A stretch of 63,789 bases of DNA, filler included. It is 9 parts of 9 records of this genome, joined end to end, with 100 filler letters (N's around TTAATTAATTAA, not from the genome) between each part and the next. Parts side by side here need not be neighbours in the genome. Positions count along the whole stretch, not along the records: positions 9,262 to 19,073 come from SRR7504441_1115; positions 19,174 to 28,302 come from SRR7504441_1116; 7 more parts are not named here. The stretch is one strand, 5' to 3'. A program made the translations under genes and the position numbers. Within the stretch, counting starts at the first letter, position 1; each line of letters opens with the position of its first letter. Under the pieces are notes generated by a model, which searched no databases, had not been told where the DNA came from, and was given only the letters and a program-made list of their open reading frames with translations. Below, in pieces: positions 12,801-25,088 of the stretch.

Positions 12801-15800
12801 TGGCAGCGCAAGCCTCGAAACACCGCTGAGTGCAAGCCTCGAGCTCGTCCCGACCGCCCACCCGTCGCTCAGCCCGGACCGGCTGCTCGCTTTATGCGAC
12901 CCGTCGAACGCTGTCAAGCTCCGGGTGCTCGGGGGGTCAGGCTCGATGCAAGTGGCGTTCTCGCCGAGCTCTGTGGCCTCGCACTCGACGGACTACTCGA
13001 GCTGGACTGTCGAACTCGTCCCCAAGGCATGCAACAAGCAAGTGGTGGTCACAGTAACCGACTCGCTGCTTCATGGCTCCAAGCCTGTCTCGGCCACAGT
13101 TACATTCTCCGATGTTGAGAAGGTCGAGATCGAGGCAAGCCCGCAGCTCGAGCTTGGCACCTCCGAGCAGGTCACGCTCTCGGTGTTCGGGATGGGCGGA
13201 GACCAGTTTGGCTCATCCGAAATCGGCAAGATGCACGTGAGTTGGGAGAGCCTAGACCCAAAGCGGCTGCTGCTCGAGCCGCATAAGACGGTCGGCAGCG
13301 AGGCCACTGTGCAGGCGGTGGCTCCAGGGCATGTTTACATCCACGCTGCAGTCCAGGCGGTCCGAGGGCCTACTGTGGTGAGCTCCAAGCACCAGGTCCG
13401 GATATTCCCAAAGCTGCAGCTGCTCCCTCCACAGCTCGACCTTCTGCTTGGGAGCTCGTTCCAGCTGCAGCCGTCCGGTGGGATGCGGACTGGGGTGGCG
13501 CCTTCGTTTGAATCTTCAAACAACCAGTCTACTAAGGTACTAGAAGGCTCGGAAGGGACAGTGCATGCGGCCGCTGTCGGACTGTCGACAGTGACGCTTA
13601 CAGAGCTCTCATCAAGCGCCAAGCAGCTGGCTAAAGCCCAGTCCATAGTGCGCGTGGTCTCTCTTTCTGAGTTCCGGATCGCCCTCCAGTCCTCCAAGCT
13701 GCTGCTGGGCAACGAAATGTCTGTGTACGTCGAGGGGCCCAACGGTGAGTCACCTTTCATGTTCTCTTTCGGCGCAGCCGACTCTTTCCGCTGGGAAGTC
13801 TCGGACCCGTCAGTGCTGTCTCTAGTCTCTGCGTCCGGGATGGACACACCAAAGTCGTCGGGGTCTTTCGGGGTGAGGCTGCGGGGACTCTCTCCGGGCC
13901 GAGCGGAGGTCCGAGTGCATGTGGAGTGGCAAAAGCCGTGCTGCTCGAAGACGCTCGAGTGCCAGGTGGCAGACACTAGCTGCCCACCGCAGACAGTGAG
14001 CTACTCGACCTCGGCTGCGATTGTGGTGAATGAGGCCCTGGTTCTGGAGGTGCGCAGCCCGCTTAGAGTGTTGCAGGTGGGCTGAGTGGATGGGTGCAGG
14101 GCCCGTCGGAGGTGACGCTACCACCCAACACCAAGTATGCGATCAAGACCAATGCGGACGAGGCTCAGTTGGTCTTCCAAGTTGTAGGGACAGAGGGCAT
14201 TGTGACCGTGGACGCCATGGGCATGATCACTACTCGGGACACACTCGGCACCTGCCACGTGCTGATCCAATCAGCCGCAGCTGACCACTCTGTGGTGGTG
14301 ACTGTACATGTCCGCCAGATGCATCAATTGATGCTCGTCCCTCCGATCATCACGGCTGTCGGCCAATCAGACGAGCCCAGTAGCAAGTCGGTGCTGCTCC
14401 CTGTTGGCTCATCTGTGCTGATGGATGTCGTGGTGGCCGATGAGGCGAGTGGCCGCCAGTTGCTGTAAGCGAGCTGTGAGGACAGGTTGGTAACAGCTTC
14501 ACCACCATCGGCAACATGCCCGTGTCGTTCCTGCGGGACAGGACCGATGTTCTCAAGGTGGCTTCAGACTGCCCTCCACTTTTTACCATGTGTACCCTGC
14601 TAGGTGGATAGAATCAAAAGCAAGCCGCTCCAATTCAGGGTGACGGCAAAGAGCCCTGGTGACGTCGCCATGAGGATGTGGATCGACAAAAGGCAAGCCC
14701 GCCCATAGCGGCTGCTGAGCTCACTCGTGCTGCCAGTTTCTCCTCCTCGCCTGGCGCCGTGCTGGACGACTTTGTCCGCATCTCCGTGGGCAACATCATC
14801 GCCCCACAGGCAGCCACTGTGCTGGTTGGAGGCTCTGTGAGCTTCTCACTCACCTCTGGGTTTAAGAACACAAGCTCAGCAGGCAGCCCGACCTGGACTG
14901 TCGCCAATTCTGACGTGGCCGCAATCGACGCTGTCACCGGAGTGGCCAGCAGCTTGCGGGCAGGCTCCACATTAGTCCAAGTGAATACTGAGGCCATGCG
15001 GTCGCATGGACTGCTCACTGTGGTCCGACTGTCGTCGACCGGAGCCTCGATCGCTCCGGCCCCAAGGCAGCCGCAGCTGAGTGACTTCGACCAATCACGC
15101 TCGTATTACTTTGAGGTTGGTGCCAAGGATGCAAGAGGGGTGCTCATCTCGCCGTCGGCGAGCACGCCGGGTATCCGGCACGCAATTGAGCTCAAATGCT
15201 CGTGCTCTGGACCGGCTGCTAAGTGGGCTACCCCGTCTGCACAAACGGACAGCAAGACAGGCCAGCTGCGCTGCATGATCCGCTTCCGCCAGATGCCAGA
15301 TGACACTCCGAGCCAGCAACCGCTCACAATTACTGCTACAATCAGCGACGCTGTCGGCAGCGACACTGTCCGTGTTTCGACTGAGGCGACTGTAATCCGA
15401 GGCCTAAAACTTGCCCAATTTGGGGAGGTTCTGAAGAAGCAAGAACTGGCGCTCAGTGGCCCGTCGGAGCAATATGAAATACGTGGGCACTGCCCAGGTG
15501 AGGGGGTGCAAATCCAGTCGGCATCCAAGGCGATCTCAGTTGGGCCTGTCACAGCCGCTGGACAGGACGCATACAGCTTTAGTATCAAACAAGCCGCGTC
15601 GTCCCCCCTGCTGTATAGAGGCAGCTTCATCACAGTGAGCTGTTCAGCTACGGTGCTACCTGCCTGCTGCTAATGCTGAGCCTCCGGTCAGGTGCAGAAG
15701 CTCAGAGTCCCGGTGCAGCTCCAGGGTGGCGAGGCCCTGGCAGTAGACCCCGAGTGGTGAGCATCGAGCCAGTGCCCATTGCTGACCCCCCGTGCAGGCT

Positions 15801-16110
15801 GCAGGCACAACTCGAAGACAACCAGCCTGCGCTCGTGCTGCTCGTCACGGTGCTGGCTATATTCGTCGGGCTCTGGTTCCTGAGCAGCTCGGCCGGCTCC
15901 AAGCACGTGCCGGCCCCGGCCCAGTACCAGTCGCCGCTGCCGTCGATGCCCCCGCCGTCCCGGCCGGGCACATTCTCGCCGGGGCAGGATTCCATACTGC
16001 GGTCGACTCCTCCATCGTTTGGCCGCCCAACTCGGGCGTCGCCGAGCCACTCGGGATGGGACGATTCGCCACTTAGACCTGTGTTTAGCTCTGCGAACCA
16101 ATATAGCTGA
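9900..16110 (+). CDS. NUP210: Nuclear pore membrane glycoprotein GP210/NUP210, multi-exon
   Basis: Signal peptide MLLAAVAGLLLLC; GP210-like N-terminus LLLP..YKLESSYGCF.W and VDRVDRIQILTT..VQAFDSQGNHFSTLDGIGFEWSV; serial Ig-like repeats; C-terminal TM plus Ser/Pro tail; about 13 micro-introns. Confidence 0.9.
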
Positions 16111-16449
16111 AGGGATCGGGACTAGCGATCGATATCACTAGGATTTCATGTAGCTGTGCTTGCCCCGTTGCAAGACTTCGTGTGCACAGACAATCGAATA
16201 CAGCAATTTTATGCCATTTCATTAACGATTTGATCACAATTTAACAGTAATATTAATAACGGTTGCAAGTAGGTCCATCCGCCCCTTTTATATAGACACT
16301 TCTGTGAGGCGGAACACATACTTTGAACAAGAGCTATGTAAAAGAGGGATATCACTAGGATATCACGATTTGTGCATGTTTTAATAACGCAGTGATCCAT
16401 TTTATCCACGTGTGTCCACTAGCATCGACCTACATTTTCGGGCCACGGT

Positions 16450-17679
16450 TTAGTCCTTGTGGAGGTGCTTGAGCGTGGTATCTTCGCGCACCACAGTCTC
16501 GAAAACCTACCCCAGCCATCGATCGGCCAGCTTGGCCGTGCGCTCAATTACATTGTACTGGAACATATACTTCACGCCTGCAGAGATCAGCGCCGCTACG
16601 ATCAAGTACACAATGAAGTACTGCAGCAGCGCGTACCGAATCGTCTCGAAAAAGCCGGGCCGGTACCTGCCAACTGACTCAGCCCAGGCCGCTGGGCTGG
16701 GCCACGCACAGCACATCTTGCTCATATGGTACCCTGAGCGTCGTGTACAAGTTGAACTCATCGGGCCTGCCGGCCACCCACACCGTGGCCGGGTTGCCGG
16801 GCTCAGTGGTCGCTGCCCACCCGCGTCAGCCGGCAGCGGCAGTTGCTGGGCTCACTGTTCCGTTTTCGATACTCATTGAGAAGTGATGTGAATCGGGCCT
16901 GCGCCACAGAGTAGATCGTGGTACTATTGAGCAGACTGCTGTTATACACAGTCTGCCACTGTGAAGACGCGTCCAGATAGCTCCGTTGGCTGCCCCCAGC
17001 TCGCGCCTGGCCATCGACGGCCGCTCACCGCAGATCGACATCGGCGTAGAAGTGGCACTCGGATCCCGGGACCGACGCTGAGTAGTCGAGGTACATTGCG
17101 GATTCCATCTGGAGCTTCACCCTGTCGTCCAGACTGTAGTCGAAGAACGCGATCAGCCGGGCGTGGTAGATCGACTCAGTCGAGGCCAGCGGTACCCGCG
17201 CATTGATGTAAATATTGTCCGGCTTACCGTCAAAGTTCACATCCTCCGAGCGCGACTGCCACACCGGGCTCAGCCGCAGCCCGGGGGGTGGTGGGGCGCC
17301 TGGATCTCGCTCGGGCGGTAGGTGGTCTGCAGCATGGCATTGAGCTGGTCGTAAGTGCTCCAGACCAGCTCGGAGCCGGTCTGGTCCCCCCACTCAGGCC
17401 GGCGGCTAGCCGGGGAGCACCGTGTTGCCCTCTAGCATCAGTATCATCTGATATTTAAACTGGACGGTCGGCTGCGTCCACAGGTAGGCTCGCTTCAGCC
17501 AGAAGGCTGCACCCGGCCGGTGAGCTGGGTGGCCGAGCGGCCGCACGTTCTATGTTGTAGCTAATCACGAACGGAATCACAATCTGGGCGGCCAGCGATA
17601 GCGCCCGGAATATGAAGGCGGTGGAGAAGTAGGAGCCGTGGTAACGCCGCATCACCGGCCACGAGAACAGCTGCACCAT
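16450..17679 (-). CDS. TMEM231: Ciliary transition-zone protein TMEM231, multi-exon
   Basis: MVQLFSWPVMRRY..., FWLKRAYLWTQPTVQFKYQ, EDVNFDGKPD, YRPGFFETIRYALLQYF and spliced end VFETVVREDTTLKHLHKD* match the TMEM231 layout. Confidence 0.88.
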
Positions 17680-17811
17680 CCTCACCCGCTGGCCCTGCCG
17701 CTGGCGTCTGGCGTCTGCCGGGGGTCAAGTGGCGATTCCAAATAAAAATCCGAATGCCGTTAGTGTGGCGCCGGAGGTGATCGGAGAGGGTGGCCTGGTC
17801 CCCGCAATCCA

Positions 17812-18981
17812 ATGGCGGGGAACTACTGGAAGTCGACGCACTGGTGCGCAGCCGCTGGGGCCTCGGCTGAGGGCGCGCAGCAAGCTGACCGACCGGCTCA
17901 ACAGCGCCGAGTCCCGCAGCCAGCACGAGAAGGCAGCGCGCCCGCCCGGCCCCGCGCCAGCCCTGCGGTCAGATCACTCGAGAAGACTGCAAGGCTGCCA
18001 GTTTGCCCTGGGAAGCCGCCCGTCTGCTCCCGATGCACCTAACTCAGCGTGCCCTCCGGCCCGGGCGGCAGCGGGCGACGCCGGGCAGAGATATTCCGTT
18101 GCGCGCGGATGCTCGACTTGCGCGTGCAGGTGGCGGCCACGGCCAGCGTCTACCTGAAGCGGTTCCTGGTCCGGTGAGGGGCCGGCGGTGAGTCGAGCTG
18201 ACGCCCCGGCAGGATGGGCCTCACACGCTGGGATCCTGGGCTGGTGGCACCCACGTGTCTGCTGCTAGCCGCCAAGGCGCCGGCCGGATGGTGTAGGGCG
18301 AGCCGGGCCGGAAGGTAGAAGAATACCCGCCTAAATGGCAGACCCACCCGCCGAGCCCGTTCGCGGTGAGAGTCTCCGACTGCTGGTGCCGGCTCGGCGG
18401 TGCGCTGAGTACAGGCGTGTGCTGAGAGCGTGCAGGCAAGCACTGTGCGACCGATCCAGGTCTGTTATTGGAGATGGAGTTTGTGGTGGTGGACGCGCTG
18501 GCCGACTCTCTGCTCGTATGCCATCCGTACGCCGCGCTGGAGGTGCGGTCTGTCGGTTGGTTGAGTCTCAGCCGTTGCAGGGTCTGCTCAAGGACGCAGG
18601 CCAGCCACAATTGCTTGAGCATGCTTGGTGAGGGTGGCGGTGGCGGGGGGGAGACTGGTATGGTGCAGGAGCACCGTGAACGATGCGTATATATCCGATG
18701 TAGTGCTGCTATGGCCGCCGCATATTGTGGCGGTAGCGAGCATATCGATAGCCGCCATCCTGAGGAAGGTGGACCTACGTCAGTGGCAGGCCTCGCTCAA
18801 TTGCGATACGGAGCACATTGGGCAAGTGATGACAGAGATGCTGGCAGTGTACGAAATAGTCGGAGATAAGCAAAAGTTTGAAAACGAGATGGCGCAGATC
18901 ATTTCGAGTCTCGACAGATTCTTTGACGCCGCCAATTCAAAACGCGCAAAACATGATTACAATAGCCGGTCACCCAATTGA
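17812..18981 (+). CDS. CCNC: Cyclin C (Mediator kinase module), multi-exon
   Basis: MAGNYWKSTH, QVAATASVYLKRF, TCLLLAAK|VEE, LLEMEFVVVDALADSLLVCHPY and VNDAYISDVVLLWPPHIVAVA; 7 micro-introns. Confidence 0.9.
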
Positions 18982-19173
18982 TTGACTGAATCACAAGTAC
19001 AATATGCGACATAAGTCCCCCTTGGAGGGTCAGTTTTTGCATGTCTAAGTGCAAACAATTACACGATTTCTATNNNNNNNNNNNNNNNNNNNNNNNNNNN
19101 NNNNNNNNNNNNNNNNNTTAATTAATTAANNNNNNNNNNNNNNNNNNNNNNNNNNNNNNNNNNNNNNNNNNNN

Positions 19174-20315
19174 GCGCGTTATGCCCTCCAGAGCCTTGGC
19201 CCGGCTTGCAGCACCAGCACCAGCACCATCGCCTCCAGATCGGCCTCGGCCTCCCCACGCCACGGGCAGCCTCGCTGTTAGCGTGGACCAGATCGCGCTT
19301 GCACACGGGGCACGAGTGCTGTTGGGTGGTGAGCCAGCGGTCTATGCACGGCGAATGGAACTGATGGCCACATGGGAGCATACGGACCTTCTGGCCCTCT
19401 GCAATCTCGTCCAAGCAGATACAGCAGTCCTCGCCTTCCTCCGGGCCGGCTTCCCGCTCCGGGAATGAGACCACAAACCCGGTCGGGCCGGGAGGTTCGA
19501 GCCCGCGGACTTGCCGGAACCAGATGGCCGTCAGATGTTGCCGGAGCCACCCAGCGAGCATCATGCTAAAGAAGATCAGCATCACAGCGCCCAGCAGCAG
19601 CACGTACCGGTGAGTCTCGTGCCTGCCGACCGGTGAGTTCAGCCGGGCTGGCGGGCGGCACAGGTATTCGGCGTTGACTTCATCCATGGTGCACGGCTCC
19701 AGGACTATGGAGACTGGCTGAGCGCTCGAGGCGTCGGCAAGCAGGGCAAGCCCTGAGGACTGTCCCACGAACACAGAGGGGATGCTCACGCCCGGTCGGA
19801 TGGACGAGGCGCCCATCCGCACCACTTGATCGCCCTGGCAAGACCGACCCTTCAGCCAAGGCCTAGGCCGGGCGGCACCCGGCTATTATAGACTAAGACA
19901 GCGGCCGCGCCGGCTTGCTGAGCTTGTTGGATCTTGTGCACAAACGAGCAGTTGCCGCGGCTGACCAGAGCCACCCAACCGGAGGAGTCGGTGGAGGGCG
20001 CGGCCCAACCGCCAGGACCGCCGTCAGAGTTGTTGCGACCCTCAGGTCCCGCCGGCTGCGATGCCGGGGCGCAGCCCTCGCAGCAGTCGCGGGGGACCGT
20101 GGGGATCAGTTCGGCGGTGATCTGGCTCCGCAAGTACGGCGGGATCGCCGCGCACCTGCCCCGGCTAGAGGCGGGCCGGGCGGGGCGCACATGGAGGAGT
20201 AGGAAACGTTGTTGGACCGGACGACGCGCCGGGCGGCCGGGGCGGCGGCCGAGGAGCGGAGAACAGTGGCCGCGATTAGTAGCAGCGACCAGCTCGAGCT
20301 TGGCCGTCCTGGCAT
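19174..20315 (-). CDS. PA-domain, TM, RING-H2 E3 ligase (RMR/RNF13-like), 3' truncated
   Basis: Signal peptide; PA motif VALVSRGNCSFVHKIQQAQQAGAAAVLVYN; TM helix; RING-H2 CCICLDE...LPCGHQFHSPCIDRWL...CPVCK. Confidence 0.9.
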
Positions 20316-20459
20316 GCTCACCAAGCACAAGGCAACAACAACTGGCCCAAGGCCCTGATGTCGTCACCCTTGGGTCCAAGGCTTGCACTCGTGATGGCGT
20401 CAGATTCCGTTGCAAAATCAATGGTTGAAGACGACCCTGCAATTATCTAGGCTCGCGTG

Positions 20460-22296
20460 ATGGGGTGCGCAGCGTGCAGCGCGATGGAGGACACGGATGA
20501 GTACCACGAGTGCCGGATCCAGGAGATGCCCCAGCCTGTTTCACTCGCCCTCTTCCTTGCCCACCGCACCGCCCGGCTCCGCACCGCCGCATGGCTCCGG
20601 CTGCTCACCCGATCCGGCCTGCTCCCAGCTCCCGATCGCCCCAAGCTCTCGCACGCCGGGTTGGAGCTCCGGCTGCCGCTCACACCCGATCTGCTACAGA
20701 CTGCCGTGCTAGAACTGGCTGCCGGCAGGCCAGTGGCCCCTGGAACCCTCGGGGGGCTGATCCGGGCCGCCACACGCGGACTGGCGGGTCAGCCTAGCCT
20801 GCTCCGGGTGGGCCTGGCGCGCCGGGTGACGGTCGCCGGCCAGCTGCGCGGGAGCCTGTCCGACTTCAAGCAAGTACTCGAGCGGAGCGGGCTGCAGCAG
20901 GAAGGCGACAGCGCGCTGGTTCTGGCCGGCGGGATCATCGGGCCAGCCGGCGGGCTGCCGGTGCTGATCGCGGCGCTCGGCTGGCGGCTCCTGGCCCCGG
21001 ACCGGGCGCTGCTGCTTCGGGGAGGGCCAGAGGACAGCTGTGTGGCTCAGACTGACGGGGTGGCCCCGCGGCCTAGAGCCGGCTGAGTGCTGGCAGTTGC
21101 TTGAGGAACTTAGCTCCATCTTCAGTCCGGCCGAGGCGCGCGAGCTGTTCAGGCTGTGCGGGCTGGCGTTCGCGGCCATGCCGCTGGTGAGTGCTGCGGC
21201 TGGCTCTAGTGAGCGTCTCGCAGGCGGTAGTGCTCGCGGAGAGGGCGCTGGTTGTCCACGGAGGGTTGTGGGACGGGATGGCAGGCCGGGCCGGGCTAGA
21301 CCTGCTGGCGGAGCTGTCGCGGGCCCATGAGGGGGAGGCCATCCCGGAGCTGGCTAGTTTGTCTACTGGTTTGGACCGAGTACCTGGGCCGGGCAGCATA
21401 GTCGAGCAAGTTGTGTGGGCCGAACCGCAGCTCGTGGGGCAGAGGCGCCCGCCTGAGCCAGCCCGGGCTGACTGGGGGGCAGCGAGCCGCACGGGCGAGG
21501 GGGAGGGTACAGCATGGAGCGTCTGCAGACGGCGCTGAGCAACGCAGGACTCGCGAGCATGATCAGAGGCCAAACGGTCCGGCCGGCCCCGGCCCGGCTG
21601 AGCTGCGTGCAGGCGCTCGGAGACCCGAGTTGGCGGGTGTGGGAGCTGGCCGACGGGGCGAGCCGGCTGTATGGGGTGAGCTCGTCGGCCGGGCCGTGCT
21701 GCAAGCCGGAGGCGGCGGTGCTCGTATTTCACCCGGACTGGCTGCTGCCGGAGCCGCAAGGCTGGCACAGCCGGCACCAGAAGGGCTGGCCGCTGCTCGG
21801 GCCGGAGGAGCTGGTGGCGATGGTCGGCTGGCACAAGCACAAGATCGAGCGCGCTCTGGGCCCGCATACCAGTCAGGCCGGCACCTGCACGAGAGGCTGC
21901 TGGGAAGCGGCGATGGAGGCGGCCGTCCCTTTCAAGATGCCCTGGTCGGAGGTGCAGCCGCTGCTGGCCCCGGAGGATCAGAATGGGGAGCTCAATGTGA
22001 GCCGGTTCCTGGGTAGCCTCGACAGCGACTGCTGTACCGAGCGAATGGGCACCTCGGGCGCCAACTCAGCCAAGCTTGAGGCAATCGGGCTGTACATGCA
22101 CAAGGCCGGCTGCCAGGAAGTGATGTTCGACCAGCTGAGCAAGATGTGTGCGCTGTTGAACAAGCACGATCCGCCGGCGCTGGCAGGGGAGCGGCATCTT
22201 GAGCCGCTGAATGCGGGACGGGTGTTTGAATTGTTTGGCAAACGGAATAGCGACGGGATCAGTCTGCAGGAGGTGCGCAGCATGGTGCAGCTCTAG
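20460..22296 (+). CDS. PPEF/RdgC-like PPP phosphatase with degenerate catalytic motifs and EF-hand-like C-terminus
   Basis: MGC N-terminus; VTVAGQLRG, LAGGIIGPAG, LRGGPED, LVVHGGL and VVWAEP sit where GDxHG, GDxVDRG, RGNHE, HGG and WSDP are expected; C-terminal FGKRNSDGISLQE. Confidence 0.7.
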
Positions 22297-22467
22297 GTGG
22301 AGCTCGCGGGCATGCACTGCATGAATTAGACATATCGATACTATCGGTTTAATCATATTTAAAAATGTACACTTGATGCCTTACTTGTAAGTCCTATTGC
22401 ATGTCCTATTGCCCCAACAACGTCGCCGAGACAGCCCGACCAGCAGGGAGCCTGGGCCGGTGCCCGG

Positions 22468-23493
22468 TTACCAGAGCCCGATCCTGTCCTCCATATCGTC
22501 CTGGTTGTGGAAAAGCTCCACTACCTTGTCCACGCAGCCCTCCTCGTCCATCAGCACGTGCTCCACGTCCTTGGGGTAGTACCCGTCCTCGATCAGCTGG
22601 AGCCTATCCTTCTGGTACGGGTAGATCGACCGGCTCTTATGGTCCTCATGCCGCTGGACCAGCAGCTCAGCCATCGTGGTGGTCATCTCCTTGATACCGG
22701 TGTTACTCTTGGCACTAACAGAGAAATAGTGGCAGCACGGCTCTCCGGTGGTGGCACAGGGGCCATGCGTGCTGTTCCATTCGGCCACCTTGGCCTGGCA
22801 CTCAGCGTCCGACACCTCGGTTGCGTCCAAGTCCGACTTGTTGGCTACCAGGGCGATCATCGCGTCCTCGCCCTGCTTGTACTTGGCCCAGCGATAGAAC
22901 ATGTCCACTCCGTTCACGATCACGCCCGTCACCGTGTCCGGCACGCCATCGAACGTCTTGCGGTCATTCGGATCGAACACAATGAAAATGACGCACTGCT
23001 TGCAGCCCATTGTTTTGCGCATTTGCTTCCGGTAAATCATCCGTCCCATCCTGGCGTTGGGCGCGACGTACTTGAGCTCGCGCAGGTAGTTGCCCTTGTC
23101 GTCTTTGCGCACGTGCCATTCGTTGTACATCTGGCCGGAGGTGTCCCATATCGAGACCAGGTCCTTCTCCGCCCCGAATGGTCCGATATCGTACAGGAAG
23201 CGGCCGCCCGAGGTGGACTCTTCGTCCTCGTGGAAGGTCTTCTTGGCCGCTGGGTTTCCGAACTTCTCCAACATCCGGTTGGCCACGGAGGTCTTGCCCA
23301 CTCCGCTGATCCCGGCGAAGGCGAAAAAGTGGTACGGTTGGGCGTCCGTCCAGAGCTCGGCGTCTTTCAGAGCCTCGTTCAGCTCGTTCGGGTCGCCGAT
23401 CCGCTTCTTGATGAACTTGCGCTTGACCGGGTCGATGAACGAGGTGACTTGCACCTTCTTCACCGTGGGCTTGGCTACTTGCTGGTCCGTCAT
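22468..23493 (-). CDS. Divergent Rab/Ras-superfamily GTPase with C-terminal UBA-like domain, intronless
   Basis: G1 GISGVGKT, G2 ESTSG, G3 WDTSGQ, G4 NKSD and G5 SAK; likely start MTDQQ at 23493. Confidence 0.85.
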   Translation of the reverse strand: MTDQQVAKPTVKKVQVTSFIDPVKRKFIKKRIGDPNELNEALKDAELWTDAQPYHFFAFAGISGVGKTSVANRMLEKFGNPAAKKTFHEDEESTSGGRFLYDIGPFGAEKDLVSIWDTSGQMYNEWHVRKDDKGNYLRELKYVAPNARMGRMIYRKQMRKTMGCKQCVIFIVFDPNDRKTFDGVPDTVTGVIVNGVDMFYRWAKYKQGEDAMIALVANKSDLDATEVSDAECQAKVAEWNSTHGPCATTGEPCCHYFSVSAKSNTGIKEMTTTMAELLVQRHEDHKSRSIYPYQKDRLQLIEDGYYPKDVEHVLMDEEGCVDKVVELFHNQDDMEDRIGLW

Positions 23494-23610
23494 TGCCTCC
23501 TGTACTGTGTGCGCGGTGCGGCGTGTGCGCGATCCAGTCGAGTGCTCAGTGATAACTCTCCGCCCTGCCTTTTTTCCTGATTTTCGCATTTCTTGTCCGT
23601 TGTCAACCCC

Positions 23611-24106
23611 ATGCCCAAGCGCGGCAGTGCCTCGCAGGCGGCGGCGGCGGCCGAGGAGCCGGAGCTGGAGCTGGTGGGCGGGTGCACGGCGCCGGTCAGC
23701 TCCCTGGCCAAGCTGAACACCCTGGTCCGGCCGGCCTGGGCTGGGGGCGGCAGCGGGGGGCAGGCGCGCCGTGTGCGAAAGATCATGCAAGCAGACGATG
23801 AGGTCGGCCGTCTCGGGCAGGGCACCACCGTGCTCGTCGGTCCGGCCAGCCGCGCGGGCGCCGGGCCATCCGCGGGGGGCAGCCAAGGCGGTGGAGCTCT
23901 TCACGCTGGAGCTGGTAGATAAGGCGGCCCAGTGTGCCCGGGCCGAGGGGGCCAACGCGCTGAGTGCAGAGCACCTGCGCCAGTGCGTACAGCAGCACGA
24001 GCAGTTCGACTTCCTGCGCGCGATCGTGCTGCAGAGTGCCCGCGGGGCCGAGGGCGAGACCGAGCCGCCTGCCAAGAAGCCTAAGGTCGACACCGAGGAG
24101 AGCTAG
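23611..24106 (+). CDS. DRAP1: NC2 alpha (DRAP1/BUR6) histone-fold protein
   Basis: ARRVRKIMQADDEVGRL...AKAVELFTLELV...AEHLRQCVQQHEQFDFL; two micro-introns. Confidence 0.85.
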
Positions 24107-24190
24107 CACGCACACACTGTGATTACACCTACTATATAGACTCTACTCATGTATCATCGCGTACATGTTCGCGCCTTTTATACGGGCATT

Positions 24191-25052
24191 TTATCCGTTG
24201 GGCGGCACCGCGAAGTCGCTCTTCCTTAGTTTAAAGTCTCTCATGGCGCTGTTACTCGGCGGCCTGCTGATCGCTTTGCTCAGCCTGGCTTCACTAAGCT
24301 CCCGCAGCCGCTCCCTACTCAGGCCCCAAGCCGTCCGGGCATACAGCTCGAACAAGTGCCGCACGTCCGCCGCGGCGTACTCAACCAGTCCCCGTGGGAG
24401 TGGCCGCTCAGCCCATGCCTCCGCGCTGCCACCCTCCCTTGGATCGAACAGCGCTCGGCCCCGCTCTGCCCCCCCCATAATGGCCACCGGCCCGCCCGCC
24501 GCACCTTTGAGCTGCTTGAGCCGGGCGCTCTGAGCCAGGGGCAGCGCGTAGCCCAGCGCGCGGGACAGCCCGTGAAGCCACTTGCCAGCCGGCCGGGCCG
24601 CAGCGGTGTAGCTGACCTGCAGGTCGAGGGCTCCGGCCAGCCGCAGCCCGTGCAGGTGCCACAATGCGTCCGCGTCCTTCCGGCAGTCGTAAACCAGCTG
24701 CCCCGGCCGATCGGCCCCAGCGCGAGGGCCGCGCGACCTTCTGGGGCCGATCTGCCTCGAGAAGCGCGCGCAGCGGGCTCCCCAGGCGGAGAAGCTCGGG
24801 GCAGGCGACCATGTCGAACAGGTAGACCGGCCCGGCCCGGTCGGCCAGCTGTATCAGGCAGACTGCCCCGTGCCGCCCGAGCCGGATGCCCTCCAGGTCC
24901 AGCCCCACCATCCCCTGCCCCGCCAGCCGGGCGCAGGCCGCCGCCGCCTGGGCCGCCGACTGGACGAGCACTGGTCCGGCCCGCAGCACACGCCAGGCCA
25001 CCAGGCACACGCCCGCCAGGCATGCCCCCCCGATCCAGACCCACACCCACAC
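24191..25052 (-). CDS. DEDDy 3'-5' exonuclease, EXD1/Egalitarian-like
   Basis: ExoI VGLDLEG, CLIQLA, VYLFD, spliced ExoII QK|LVYDCRKDADAL, DLQV and ExoIII YAAADV. The start codon is uncertain. Confidence 0.85.
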
Positions 25053-25088
25053 ACTGCGTTGTTGCCCGATCCCAAATCCGTTAAAACA

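Noticed and set aside
335-16110. Frameshifts and in-frame stops in ATR and NUP210 as pseudogenes, recoding or an alternative genetic code
   Set aside because: The breaks I traced are resolved by short GT/GC-AG introns. TAG, TGA and TAA each end conserved genes (ATR, EIF3E, TMEM231).
10293-18314. Micro-introns as Introner-type mobile elements
   Set aside because: Lengths are similar, but I see no shared sequence family, terminal inverted repeats or consistent target-site duplications. An all-vs-all intron comparison would settle this.
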